Of a stretch of DNA of 64,000 bases, positions 18,571 to 27,734 are shown piece after piece. Under the pieces are notes generated by a model. The model searched no databases. It was not told where the DNA came from and saw only the letters and a list, made by a program, of their open reading frames with translations. How positions within the stretch are numbered: the first letter of the stretch is position 1; every line of letters begins with the position of its first letter. Origin of the DNA: Saprospiraceae bacterium (GTDB lineage: Bacteria; Bacteroidota; Bacteroidia; Chitinophagales; Saprospiraceae); NCBI GenBank assembly GCA_965263225.1, contig CBDHHG010000051.1, forward strand, positions 89,845 through 153,844. The letters run 5' to 3'. The translations under genes and the position numbers were made by a program.

Positions 18571-18659
18571 CAACTCATATCAAACCAAGGGTTACGGGCA
18601 TAAGTTCGAAAAATCGTGACTTTTGCCCTGTGGTGTAACCCCCTAATCTGAATCGTCAT

Positions 18660-21212
18660 ATGAAAAAACACTTACTTCTGCTCTTTCTTTGTTTGTCATC
18701 CTCTATGCTGTTGGCCACTATCCATGAGGTTACAGTCCAAAACAATTTTTATAGTCCTAGAGACTTAGTAATCGAAGCGGGCGACACAGTAGTCTGGAAA
18801 TCTATCGAAGGCTTTCATAATGTGAACGGATCACAAGATGAATATCCTAACAATCCTGAAAGCTTCATCAATGGCAATGCAGCTCCCTCTCCCTGGGAAT
18901 TTACCTTTGTCTTTGATAAGCCAGGATTTTACAATTACCATTGCGATCCACATCGTGCGATCGACATGCTTGGTACGATCAAGGTTACGCCAAAGCTGGT
19001 GATAACGGAGATTATGTATAATCCGCCCGAGAGCGGACTTGATTCCTTAGAGTACATCGAGATTTTCAATAATGGACCTACGGATGTGAACCTGAAAGAT
19101 TTTTCTTTGGAAGGTGTGACCTATACTTTCCCGGGCTTTAATTTGGATGCTGGATCATATGTAATGGTAGCCGTCGATTCCGCAGCCTTTCAAAACAATT
19201 TCGCTCGACCAGCTTTTCAATGGACTGGTGGATCTTTGGGGAATGGAGGGGAAACAGTCAAATTGCTGGATGCAGAGGGTATGGTAGTAGATTCGGTAGA
19301 CTATGATGATGGGAATGGCTGGCCTTCTTCAGCTGATGGTTTGGGAGCCTCCTTAGTGCTTTGTGATGCCGATAGCGATAACAATGATCCGGCTAATTGG
19401 CAGGCTGCGAGCACCGCTACCGGCAATAATATCGGAGGTTTTGATGTGTTTGCTAACCCTGGTGCTGCTTCCCAATGTCTTACTGGCCCTTTGTTTTATA
19501 TCTTGACTGATGATTTCGAAATCGAAGAAGATGCGGGGACGGTAAGCTTTCAGGTAGTGCTGGAAAATGCAGGTGGCGCTGGAACATTTAGTGTGTTTAG
19601 TAGAGTACTCGGGGCCTCTACTGCTACTGAGGAAATGGATTTCACCTACCCAGACGATACTATGATAGAGTTTGTCGATGTAGAATCAGACACAACAGAG
19701 ATCACGGTTACCATCCTAGATGATTCTGAAGTGGAATCCATAGAGACGATCGAAATCGATTTGAACTTTCCAAGTGAGGGAGCGGCCATCAATCCCCTAA
19801 GAAAAAATCTGACGATCTCAATTAGAGATAATGATGCGCAGATTCCTGCTATTGTCATCAACGAATTGATGTACAATAATCCTGGTACAGATTCTTTAGA
19901 ATATTTAGAGTTGTTCAATAATGATGATTCAGCCATAGATATGGCCGGATTTAGCTTTAGTTCAGGCATTGAGTATACTTTCCCCGCGATTACCATGCAG
20001 CCTGGCGATTACCTGATTGTAGCAACGGATTCAGCGGCTTTTGAAAGAAACTTTGGAGTAGCGGCTTTTCAGTGGACAAATGGTTCTTTGAATAATGGTG
20101 GAGAATTGGTACAGTTACGAGATGCTTTTGGAAACATATTGGATGAGGTAGATTACGACGATGCTGGAGATTGGCCTTCCGATGCTGATGGTGGGGGCGG
20201 TTCATTGATTCTTTGTGATGTAGATGCTGATAATAATGTGGCTAGCAATTGGAAAGCTGCCATTAAGCCAACGGGCGTTTTCGCGGGAGATGGCCAACTG
20301 TTGGGTTCTCCGGGAGCCGCTAATGATTGCTCTGATCCAGGAGATCCTGGTTTTCCCGCTTACGACATTGGTGTGGTCACTACAAATAATGCTGACGGTA
20401 GACCCGATTCACTGGGTATTACCTGTCAGCTACAAGGGATTGTATATGGAGTGGACCTCCGTAGCGGTGATGGACTCCAGTTCACGCTCATTGATGGAAA
20501 TAACGATGGAATAGGTTTGTTTAGTGGTTCGGAGAATTTTGGTTACACCGTAAATGAAGGAGATGAGATAATTGTGAAGGGGGAAATCAGTCAGTTTCGC
20601 GGACTGACACAGATTTCGCCTTCAGATCTTACTTTTGTATCTTCTGGAAATACTTTGGTCGATCCAACGATTGTGACGGAACTAGGTGAGGATACAGAAT
20701 CACAGTTGGTCAAGATTGAAGGGGTAACGCTCGTTTCCTTTACTTCCGATTCCGGTGGTGGAAATGCTGAAATTACTGATGGAACCAATACTTATGTCAT
20801 GCGTCTGGATTCGGATACCGGTCTTAGTGAAACGGATATCCCTACGGTGCCTTTCAATGTAATAGGTATAGGTGGCCAGTTTGACCCAGATGGGAATGCG
20901 CCATTTGATGCGGGCTATCAAATTCTACCTCGTTACTTGGAAGATTTCGAAATTATTAGTTCCTCTTTTGATCCGGAACTGGCTGGGGCTATTGAAGTAT
21001 TCCCAAATCCTGCGAAAAACCACCTACAGATTAAAATGGAAAATGCATTTGATCTGATCCGTATAACAGACGCGCTAGGAAGGGAGGTATTAAACCTTAG
21101 GAAACCTAGCTTACATACTACCCTTGACTTACATCAACTGACCAAAGGGATTTACCAAATCCAATTTATCGCTGATGGTAAATTCTGGATCGCTCAACTG
21201 CTCAAGCAGTAA
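18660..21212 (+). CDS. T9SS-secreted multidomain protein: cupredoxin + lamin-tail domain + Calx-beta-like + lamin-tail domain + OB-like module + T9SS C-terminal sorting domain
   Basis: Signal peptide. Type-1 Cu ligand pattern 'GFHNV ... YHCDPHRAIDM'. Two 'I(T/N)E(I/L)MYN..... DSLEY(I/L)E(I/L)FNN' lamin-tail domains. 'VKGEISQFRGLTQI' OB-like segment. C-terminal 'VFPNPAKNHLQI...GIYQIQF' sorting domain. Confidence 0.85.
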   Translation: MKKHLLLLFLCLSSSMLLATIHEVTVQNNFYSPRDLVIEAGDTVVWKSIEGFHNVNGSQDEYPNNPESFINGNAAPSPWEFTFVFDKPGFYNYHCDPHRAIDMLGTIKVTPKLVITEIMYNPPESGLDSLEYIEIFNNGPTDVNLKDFSLEGVTYTFPGFNLDAGSYVMVAVDSAAFQNNFARPAFQWTGGSLGNGGETVKLLDAEGMVVDSVDYDDGNGWPSSADGLGASLVLCDADSDNNDPANWQAASTATGNNIGGFDVFANPGAASQCLTGPLFYILTDDFEIEEDAGTVSFQVVLENAGGAGTFSVFSRVLGASTATEEMDFTYPDDTMIEFVDVESDTTEITVTILDDSEVESIETIEIDLNFPSEGAAINPLRKNLTISIRDNDAQIPAIVINELMYNNPGTDSLEYLELFNNDDSAIDMAGFSFSSGIEYTFPAITMQPGDYLIVATDSAAFERNFGVAAFQWTNGSLNNGGELVQLRDAFGNILDEVDYDDAGDWPSDADGGGGSLILCDVDADNNVASNWKAAIKPTGVFAGDGQLLGSPGAANDCSDPGDPGFPAYDIGVVTTNNADGRPDSLGITCQLQGIVYGVDLRSGDGLQFTLIDGNNDGIGLFSGSENFGYTVNEGDEIIVKGEISQFRGLTQISPSDLTFVSSGNTLVDPTIVTELGEDTESQLVKIEGVTLVSFTSDSGGGNAEITDGTNTYVMRLDSDTGLSETDIPTVPFNVIGIGGQFDPDGNAPFDAGYQILPRYLEDFEIISSSFDPELAGAIEVFPNPAKNHLQIKMENAFDLIRITDALGREVLNLRKPSLHTTLDLHQLTKGIYQIQFIADGKFWIAQLLKQ
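19002..19409 (+). repeat. Lamin-tail domain copy 1 (protein-level internal repeat)
   Basis: About aa 115-250, colinear with aa 399-535 (ITEIMYNPP.../INELMYNNP...; AFQWTGGSLGNGGE/AFQWTNGSLNNGGE; VDYDD). Confidence 0.75.
19854..20264 (+). repeat. Lamin-tail domain copy 2 (protein-level internal repeat)
   Basis: See copy 1. Boundaries are approximate. Confidence 0.75.
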
Positions 21213-21230
21213 AGAATGGTAAATAATTAT

Positions 21231-21269
21231 CAATAGCCTGCTGTGATTCCTTGTTTCAGCAGGCTATTG
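21231..21269 (+). terminator. Hairpin downstream of the T9SS cargo gene
   Basis: 13-bp arms CAATAGCCTGCTG / CAGCAGGCTATTG with a 13-nt loop. The trailing T-tract is weak. Confidence 0.6.
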
Positions 21270-21288
21270 TCCTTTCCCAAAAGGAATA

Positions 21289-22080
21289 ATGCTTATGTAC
21301 CAAGGTAAAAAAGTCGGTTTAGCTCTATCCGGGGGAGGAGCGAGGGGGGTAGCTCATATCGGTGTTTTGCGAGCACTGGCTGAACAAGGTATAGAGCCAG
21401 ATGTCCTCAGTGGAACTAGTGCTGGGGCTATTGTTGCTACCTGGTATTCGGCGGGATTAAGCATCGAGCAGATGTTAGCCATTGTATCTGAGAGTAGCCT
21501 GTTCAAGGCCTTTAAGATCGTCATCCCAAATACAGGTTTGACCAGCTTGAGCTATCTAAAAGAGCGTTTGGCCAAAGTAATACCAGAGGATAATTTTTCA
21601 ACCCTCCAGAAACCTACCTACATCGCCATTTCCAATCTCAACAAAGGACAGTTAGAAGTTAAAAGCGAAGGACCGCTTTTTGACGTAGTTACGGCCTCTT
21701 CTTCTATCCCCTTATTGTTTAAGCCCGTCGTGATCGACGGCGAGGTATATGTGGATGGAGGAGTATTCTGTAATCTTCCTGTAGATCCGATCAAAGGAGA
21801 GGTAGATTATGTAATAGGAGTAGATGTGATGCCAGCCGTGGAGTGGGAGAGTAAAAGTCTAAACGGGTGGTTAGGTATTGGTACACGATGTTTTGAACTG
21901 TCTATTCATGCCAATTCTTTAGTTCAAAAACAACTTTGTGACCATCTCATAGAAGTGGAAAAGGCGGTAGCTTACCATACTTTTCAGTTTAATAAATACA
22001 AAGAATTGGAAGAGCTGGGGTATCAAGCTGCATTGGCTACAATGGATAAAATTCTAGATGACTTGGGTGAGCTACCTTAA
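21289..22080 (+). CDS. Patatin-like phospholipase
   Basis: 'GLALSGGGARGVAHIGVLRAL' oxyanion hole, 'GTSAGA' nucleophile elbow, 'DGG' catalytic Asp motif. Confidence 0.9.
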   Translation: MLMYQGKKVGLALSGGGARGVAHIGVLRALAEQGIEPDVLSGTSAGAIVATWYSAGLSIEQMLAIVSESSLFKAFKIVIPNTGLTSLSYLKERLAKVIPEDNFSTLQKPTYIAISNLNKGQLEVKSEGPLFDVVTASSSIPLLFKPVVIDGEVYVDGGVFCNLPVDPIKGEVDYVIGVDVMPAVEWESKSLNGWLGIGTRCFELSIHANSLVQKQLCDHLIEVEKAVAYHTFQFNKYKELEELGYQAALATMDKILDDLGELP

Positions 22081-22566
22081 GAACACGGCAAAATTATCAG
22101 CTTGGCTGATATCAACATCAATGTTTTCCTTTAAGGTAGTAGCCAAAGATAGTCCTAAATAATCTACTTTAATAGGAAAAGATTTGTGCTCTCGGTCTAC
22201 TAATACCGCTACTTCTACCTTTTTAGGCAGTATGCTCAGAATGGGTTTGAATGCGTAAAATATGGTCCGGCCAGTATTGGCTACATCATCCACAATGATT
22301 ACAGATCGGTCAGTCAATTCCTCTTTGGCTAATTCTAATTCAACTTCTTGTTCCACTGGATCTGCAGGGTTAAGTCTAATCCGGGTTAGCTGAATAGGGA
22401 TGTTTGTAATTTTCTCCAATTCTTTTTTCAAGATCTTTGCAAAAGCGGTTCCATTATTATTGATCCCTGCCAATATGATTTCTTGTTCATCATAGTTATG
22501 CTCTAACATTTGAATCGCTAAGCGCTTTATCTTCTGTTTGATTTCCCTGTGATTCAGAATCTTCAT
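22072..22566 (-). CDS. Phosphoribosyltransferase-family protein (PyrR-like)
   Basis: PRPP loop 'VIIVDDVANTGRT'. ATG start chosen (MKILNHREI). The 3' end overlaps the patatin gene 3' end convergently by 9 nt. Confidence 0.75.
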   Translation of the reverse strand: MKILNHREIKQKIKRLAIQMLEHNYDEQEIILAGINNNGTAFAKILKKELEKITNIPIQLTRIRLNPADPVEQEVELELAKEELTDRSVIIVDDVANTGRTIFYAFKPILSILPKKVEVAVLVDREHKSFPIKVDYLGLSLATTLKENIDVDISQADNFAVFLR

Positions 22567-22738
22567 ATGCAGCGTCGTGATATTTTGTCGCAAATTTCAC
22601 TAAAAAAATTAAAGTTTCAGGGGTAAAGGGGATATTTTCGACCCTGGAGTTAGATATTAAAAGAATACCTTCTTATTTTTAGCGAAAATTCGCTAGTGCG
22701 AAAAGTAGGAGGTCACTTCAATCAAAATAACAGTTGCA

Positions 22739-24103
22739 ATGGTACAGCAGATTCTTTTCATTCTGATCAGCGGTGCAGCCTTGGGCTATGCTGGGTATCA
22801 GTTTATGAAAATCAGAAGAAACATCTTGTTGGGACAAGATGAGGAGATTGCCCTTGACCGAGGGCAAAGTTGGAGGAACGTTTTGCTGGTAGCCTTCGGG
22901 CAGAAAAAGATGTTCAAGCGCATGATTCCGGCGGTATTACACTTTTTCATATATGCGGCCTTTGTGATTACTCAAGTTGAGTTGATCGAGATATTCATAG
23001 ATGGTGTTTTTGGAGTGCATCGTTTTTTCGCTCCCAGCCTAGGTGGCTTTTACACCTTTATGATCAGCTTTATTGAGATTTTATCTGTGCTGGCTTTCAT
23101 CGGTACACTAATCTTCTTAATCAGGAGAAACTTGCTTAAGATTCCTCGTTTTGTAAAGTCAGAAATGAACGGCTGGCCCACCTTGGATGCTAATCTGATC
23201 TTGATTTTCGAAATTATTTTGTTGATCGGAATATTTAGTATGAATGGGGCCGATACCGTCTTGCAACAGGTAGATCCTACACATTACACCTCCACCGGCA
23301 ACCTTGCAGTTTCCAGTTGGTTAGGTCCTGCTTTATTTGGTGGTTTAGAGCAATCCAGCCTAGTCGTGGTTGAACGTTTCGGCTGGTGGCTTCATATTAT
23401 TATGGTATTTGTTTTTCTCAATTATCTGCCGAAGTCTAAGCATCTACATATTCTACTGGCCTTCCCCAATACCTTTTATGCGAAGCAAAATTCAAGAGGG
23501 GAGATGGAAAACATGGATGCCATTATGAATGAGGTGAAAAGCATGATGGGATTTGATGGTGCTACCGACCTCGCTGAAATGCCCATGGAAGAGGAACTCC
23601 CTGAATTCGGTGCGAATGATGTGTTTAGCTTGAGTTGGAAAAATATCATGGATGCCTATAGTTGTACCGAATGTGGCCGTTGTACTTCGGTTTGCCCCGC
23701 CAATCTGACAGGGAAAAAGCTATCCCCTCGAAAAATCCTAATGGACATCAGGGACAGGGCGGATGAAATCGGAAAAAATCTGGACTCGAAATCTACTGAG
23801 TTTGCCAAGGATAAAGAGCAAGTTCTATCCAAGGACAATTATGAAGACGGTAAATCTCTCTTTGACTATATCACCAGAGAAGAAATCCATGCCTGCACTA
23901 CTTGTAATGCCTGTGTAGAAGCCTGCCCAGTCTTGATCAATCCCTTGGAACCAATACTGAAGCTGCGTAGATATGAGATCTTAACGGAATCTGCTGGCCC
24001 TTCGGATTGGCTTCCCATGTTTAATAGCATTGAGAATAGCGGTGCGGTCTGGTCTATGCCTGTGGACCGGGACCAATGGGCCAAAGATGCCATGGCGGAA
24101 TAG
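22739..24103 (+). CDS. Membrane-anchored (Fe-S)-binding oxidoreductase subunit
   Basis: About 5 N-terminal TM helices, then two ferredoxin-type motifs 'CTECGRCTSVCP' and 'CTTCNACVEACP'. Confidence 0.8.
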   Translation: MVQQILFILISGAALGYAGYQFMKIRRNILLGQDEEIALDRGQSWRNVLLVAFGQKKMFKRMIPAVLHFFIYAAFVITQVELIEIFIDGVFGVHRFFAPSLGGFYTFMISFIEILSVLAFIGTLIFLIRRNLLKIPRFVKSEMNGWPTLDANLILIFEIILLIGIFSMNGADTVLQQVDPTHYTSTGNLAVSSWLGPALFGGLEQSSLVVVERFGWWLHIIMVFVFLNYLPKSKHLHILLAFPNTFYAKQNSRGEMENMDAIMNEVKSMMGFDGATDLAEMPMEEELPEFGANDVFSLSWKNIMDAYSCTECGRCTSVCPANLTGKKLSPRKILMDIRDRADEIGKNLDSKSTEFAKDKEQVLSKDNYEDGKSLFDYITREEIHACTTCNACVEACPVLINPLEPILKLRRYEILTESAGPSDWLPMFNSIENSGAVWSMPVDRDQWAKDAMAE

Positions 24104-24138
24104 GGTTCCATCCTTTATTTGATTCGTTTAAATTGACA

Positions 24139-24933
24139 ATGATGAGTGATCTAAAGATAAAGACAATGGCGGAAATGGCCGCCGAAGGGAAGCAAGCAAA
24201 GATTCTTTTTTGGGTAGGTTGTGCAGGTAGTTTTGATGCACGGGCCCAGAAAGTAACTGTTGCCTTATGTAAGATTTTGAATAAGGTCGGAATTGAATTT
24301 GCCATCTTGGGATCCGAAGAAAGTTGTACGGGTGATCCAGCACGACGAGCTGGTAATGAATTTGTATTTCAGATGACTGCCCTGCAAAATGTGATGACGC
24401 TGAATATGTATGAGGTCAAGAAGATTGTTACGGCTTGCCCACATTGTTTTAACACGATAAAAAATGAGTATCCGGCCCTAGGAGGTAAATACGAAGTGGT
24501 CCATCACTCACAGTTGCTACAAGAGTTGATTGACCAAGGGAGATTAAAATTGACAGAGGGCGGTGCTTTTGAGGGGAAGAAGATAACCTATCACGATTCC
24601 TGCTACATGGGGCGGGTCAATGGGGTGTATGAAGCCCCTCGCAAAGTTTTGGAAGGACTCGACAACGAATTGGTGGAGATGAAGCGATGCCGCACGAAAG
24701 GTTTATGTTGTGGAGCAGGTGGTGCGCAAATGTTTAAGGAAGACGAACCTGGTGATAAGAGAATTAATATTGACCGGGCAGAGGAAGCCCTAGCCACGGG
24801 AGCGGAAATCATTGCGGTCAACTGTCCGTTTTGTATGACTATGATGGGAGATGGAGTTAAGGGCAAGGAAAAGCAGGAGGATGTCATGGTTTATGACCTT
24901 GCAGAGTTGATTGTCAATAATAACAAGTGGTAA
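24139..24933 (+). CDS. Cysteine-rich (CCG) domain oxidoreductase subunit (HdrD/GlpC-like)
   Basis: 'VGCAGSF', 'ACPHCFNT', 'HDSCY', 'LCCGAGG', 'NCPFCMTM' fit duplicated CCG domains. Start set at the internal ATG. Confidence 0.8.
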   Translation: MMSDLKIKTMAEMAAEGKQAKILFWVGCAGSFDARAQKVTVALCKILNKVGIEFAILGSEESCTGDPARRAGNEFVFQMTALQNVMTLNMYEVKKIVTACPHCFNTIKNEYPALGGKYEVVHHSQLLQELIDQGRLKLTEGGAFEGKKITYHDSCYMGRVNGVYEAPRKVLEGLDNELVEMKRCRTKGLCCGAGGAQMFKEDEPGDKRINIDRAEEALATGAEIIAVNCPFCMTMMGDGVKGKEKQEDVMVYDLAELIVNNNKW

Positions 24934-24951
24934 AATGTATTCAACTAACTG

Positions 24952-25485
24952 ATGAACTCCTCTGTTCTATTGGATACAGACCTTATTCAGGATAAAACCT
25001 CCAATATGGAAGCAATTGATCAACTTTCTGATAGTACGCGAGTTTGGATCTACCAAAGTAATCGGCCTTTCAAAGAAGAGGACGAAGAGCAAATTAAGAC
25101 ATATGTTAAGCAGTTTGCTCAACAGTGGGTGAGTCACAATCGGCAATTAAAAGCTTTTGGGGATCTATTGCATCGGCAATTTGTAATCTTGATGGTGGAC
25201 GAGAGTCAGGCTGGTGCAAGTGGATGCTCAATCGATAGCTCTGTTCGTTTTATGAAAGGTTTGCAAGCTGAATTTGGGGTAGACCTCTTTGATCGGATGT
25301 CTTTTACTTACCTGGATGAAGGACAGGTTAAAACAGCAGATCGGGCGAGCTTTGCAGCTAAGTATCAAGACGGAGAAATCAACGATGATACGCTTGTATT
25401 TGATACGCTTGTAGACAACAAGCATAAGTTTAAAAACAGTTGGATTAAGCCACTAGGACAAAGTTGGCACAAACGCATGGTTTAG
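24952..25485 (+). CDS. Conserved hypothetical protein
   Basis: Long ORF with coding-like composition. No motif I can name with confidence. The start is uncertain (25006 is also possible). Confidence 0.5.
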   Translation: MNSSVLLDTDLIQDKTSNMEAIDQLSDSTRVWIYQSNRPFKEEDEEQIKTYVKQFAQQWVSHNRQLKAFGDLLHRQFVILMVDESQAGASGCSIDSSVRFMKGLQAEFGVDLFDRMSFTYLDEGQVKTADRASFAAKYQDGEINDDTLVFDTLVDNKHKFKNSWIKPLGQSWHKRMV

Positions 25486-25596
25486 ATTAATCCTACGTAG
25501 CGCTCTTTTCATATCCTGGGGTAGATCTTTCATAGATTTTATTTCGATAAAGCACCTTTTCGACCTATTTTGCATCAGTACTATAGTAATCCGTAT

Positions 25597-25604
25597 TAAA
25601 TTTA
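25597..25604 (+). promoter_or_regulatory. Near-consensus -7 box (TAAATTTA) 6 nt before the 25611 ATG
   Basis: One mismatch to TAnnTTTG. The geometry implies a leaderless or near-leaderless mRNA. Confidence 0.35.
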
Positions 25605-25610
25605 TTCCAC

Positions 25611-26075
25611 ATGATAGGACGAGTTAAAAAGTGGCTAGGTATCGAGGGGGTAAAGCTAGAAATTGTTGTTGCGCCCGAACACAGATGTCGAACGGGGAAG
25701 ATCGAAGGGCGTCTTCGATTTCAATCACTGAACGCTCAGACGGTGACCAGTATACGAATCGCACTTGTCGAAAAATATACCCGAGGGAGAGGGAAAGAGA
25801 AATTGATAGATGAATACGAGTTGGGCGAGATTAATCTAAAACAAACCATAGAAGTTCCTGCCGAAGAGATTGTAGAAGTTCCTTTTAGTGTCCCATTTAA
25901 ATTGATCAAGTCTGAAATGGATGAATTCGGTGATCGAAACTTCCTGTATGGTGGCTTGGCAAGAGCGGCCAAAGCCATTCAGGCGGTCCGCTCAGACTAT
26001 CGACTGGAAGCAGAAGCTAAGGTCAAAGGCGTTGCCTTAAATCCGTTCGATAAGAAATTTATCAAACTCAAATAA
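25611..26075 (+). CDS. SpoOM-like (arrestin-fold) protein, short form
   Basis: The N-terminus 'MIGRVKKWLGIEGVKLEIVV...GKIEGRLRF' resembles the start of the Spo0M family. Weak call. Confidence 0.5.
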   Translation: MIGRVKKWLGIEGVKLEIVVAPEHRCRTGKIEGRLRFQSLNAQTVTSIRIALVEKYTRGRGKEKLIDEYELGEINLKQTIEVPAEEIVEVPFSVPFKLIKSEMDEFGDRNFLYGGLARAAKAIQAVRSDYRLEAEAKVKGVALNPFDKKFIKLK

Positions 26076-26149
26076 TTTTCCTTTTTCTTTTTTCCTCTGT
26101 TTTTCCTCTTTAGCTTTGGGCGGATAAATAAAAGTCTTCTAGCAAAGCT

Positions 26150-27661
26150 ATGAATTCGAACGTACTAGCTGTAAGAATTGGCATCTTTGTACTGATGGTG
26201 TTGGCTAGCTTTTTGGTTACTGATACCCAGCGGACCCTATTTCTCAAGCCCTTTGGTACCCATACCTGGAGACAATCGGATAGCGCTTCTCAATTTCGTA
26301 ACTATTATCAAAACGGAGGGACACTTGGGAAGCCCCAATTAATGAATCGCACGGGTAGAGATGGTATAACCGTTGCTGAATTTCCTCTTACCTACTATGT
26401 AGCAGCACAGTTAGCGAAAGTCTTTGGTTACTCAGAAGCCTGGTGCAGGGCCTTACATTTACTATTGTTGATATTGGCTGCATTGAGTTTGTATTTGATT
26501 GCTTTACGCTTTATAGAGAACTCGCTAGTGGCCGTGATTCCAGCTCTTTGCTTCTTGAATTTACCCATCAATTATTTCTACGGAAATAATTTTTTACCTA
26601 ATATTCCGGCCATCTCTCTGGTTATCATTGGTTGGTACTACTATTTTCGATTCCAATATGATGGACGTTCCCGTGCTATTATTTGGATGCTGCTCTTTAT
26701 GACTTTGGGAGCCTTGATTAAGGCTTCGGAAGCCATCCACTTAGTGGCGGCATTTATGGCCTTACTTTATGCCAAATACTGGCGGAAAGAGGATTGGCCT
26801 AAAGGTGGGGCCTGGGGTGTTTGGCTCGGGACATTGATGGGCATAGCCTGCCTCGCTGCTTGGGTAATGTATGCTAAGGCCACCAACCAAGCCTATGGCA
26901 ACAATATGAGCCTGCTTGGTATTCTACCCATTTGGGACATGTCCTTGGTAGATAGATCTTATACCTGGAGAGTAATGCGAACCATATGGGCACCAGTGAT
27001 CGCAAGTAAAGTCAATTGGATACTGACCGCCGCATTACTGCTGGGTATGTTCTGGCCCAAGGTTTGGCGATCGGACCTAGTTGTACCTAGTCTGCTACTT
27101 TTCCTGGGAAGTGCCGCCTATAGTATGTTGTGGTATCGGGCCTTTATGATCCATGATTACTATTTATTGACAATGCTGGTTTTTCCCATTTTCTTCCTCA
27201 TGCTCATCTTGGAGCAGATTTTCAAATCAATAGAATCCATTCCCTGGCTTTACTTAAGTGTCGTTGTAGTTTTATTGGCACTTGGCGTGCATCACATTGC
27301 TTACAATGGAAAGATTCAGTATAAACGGATGAATCCTTCAGCCAGTGAAGTCGACCCAGCTCTATATACCCTGGAAGGTAAGTTGCGAGAACTAGGAATA
27401 GACCGAGAAGATCCGATTATTTCCATTCCCGACCCAAGCCCTAATATTTCCCTCTACATGGCAAATAATCCAGGTTGGACGGATTGCTTGAACGGAGGAA
27501 TAAATAATCCCGCTCCCTATATTAGAGGCGGGGCGAAGTACCTCGTTGGACTTGATACCAGCATCCGAAGTCGACCGGGAATGGCCCCCTATCTCACGGA
27601 TACCGTCGGAACACATGGCCCCTTTATTATATACCGTTTGCAGGATCTAGACGCGCAATAA
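26150..27661 (+). CDS. Polytopic membrane protein, GT-C (ArnT/PMT)-like glycosyltransferase candidate
   Basis: More than 10 predicted TM helices followed by a soluble C-terminal domain. No specific motif recognised. Confidence 0.55.
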   Translation: MNSNVLAVRIGIFVLMVLASFLVTDTQRTLFLKPFGTHTWRQSDSASQFRNYYQNGGTLGKPQLMNRTGRDGITVAEFPLTYYVAAQLAKVFGYSEAWCRALHLLLLILAALSLYLIALRFIENSLVAVIPALCFLNLPINYFYGNNFLPNIPAISLVIIGWYYYFRFQYDGRSRAIIWMLLFMTLGALIKASEAIHLVAAFMALLYAKYWRKEDWPKGGAWGVWLGTLMGIACLAAWVMYAKATNQAYGNNMSLLGILPIWDMSLVDRSYTWRVMRTIWAPVIASKVNWILTAALLLGMFWPKVWRSDLVVPSLLLFLGSAAYSMLWYRAFMIHDYYLLTMLVFPIFFLMLILEQIFKSIESIPWLYLSVVVVLLALGVHHIAYNGKIQYKRMNPSASEVDPALYTLEGKLRELGIDREDPIISIPDPSPNISLYMANNPGWTDCLNGGINNPAPYIRGGAKYLVGLDTSIRSRPGMAPYLTDTVGTHGPFIIYRLQDLDAQ

Positions 27662-27722
27662 AAGATTTAGGGAAACCCTTGTAAATTCTTTACCTAAGAA
27701 CTGGATATTTTCCTTTGAAAGC

Positions 27723-27730
27723 TATATTTG
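27723..27730 (+). promoter_or_regulatory. -7 box (TATATTTG) 4 nt before the guaA ATG
   Basis: Exact TAnnTTTG at 27723-27730, with the ATG at 27735. Confidence 0.5.
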
Positions 27731-27734
27731 CGTG

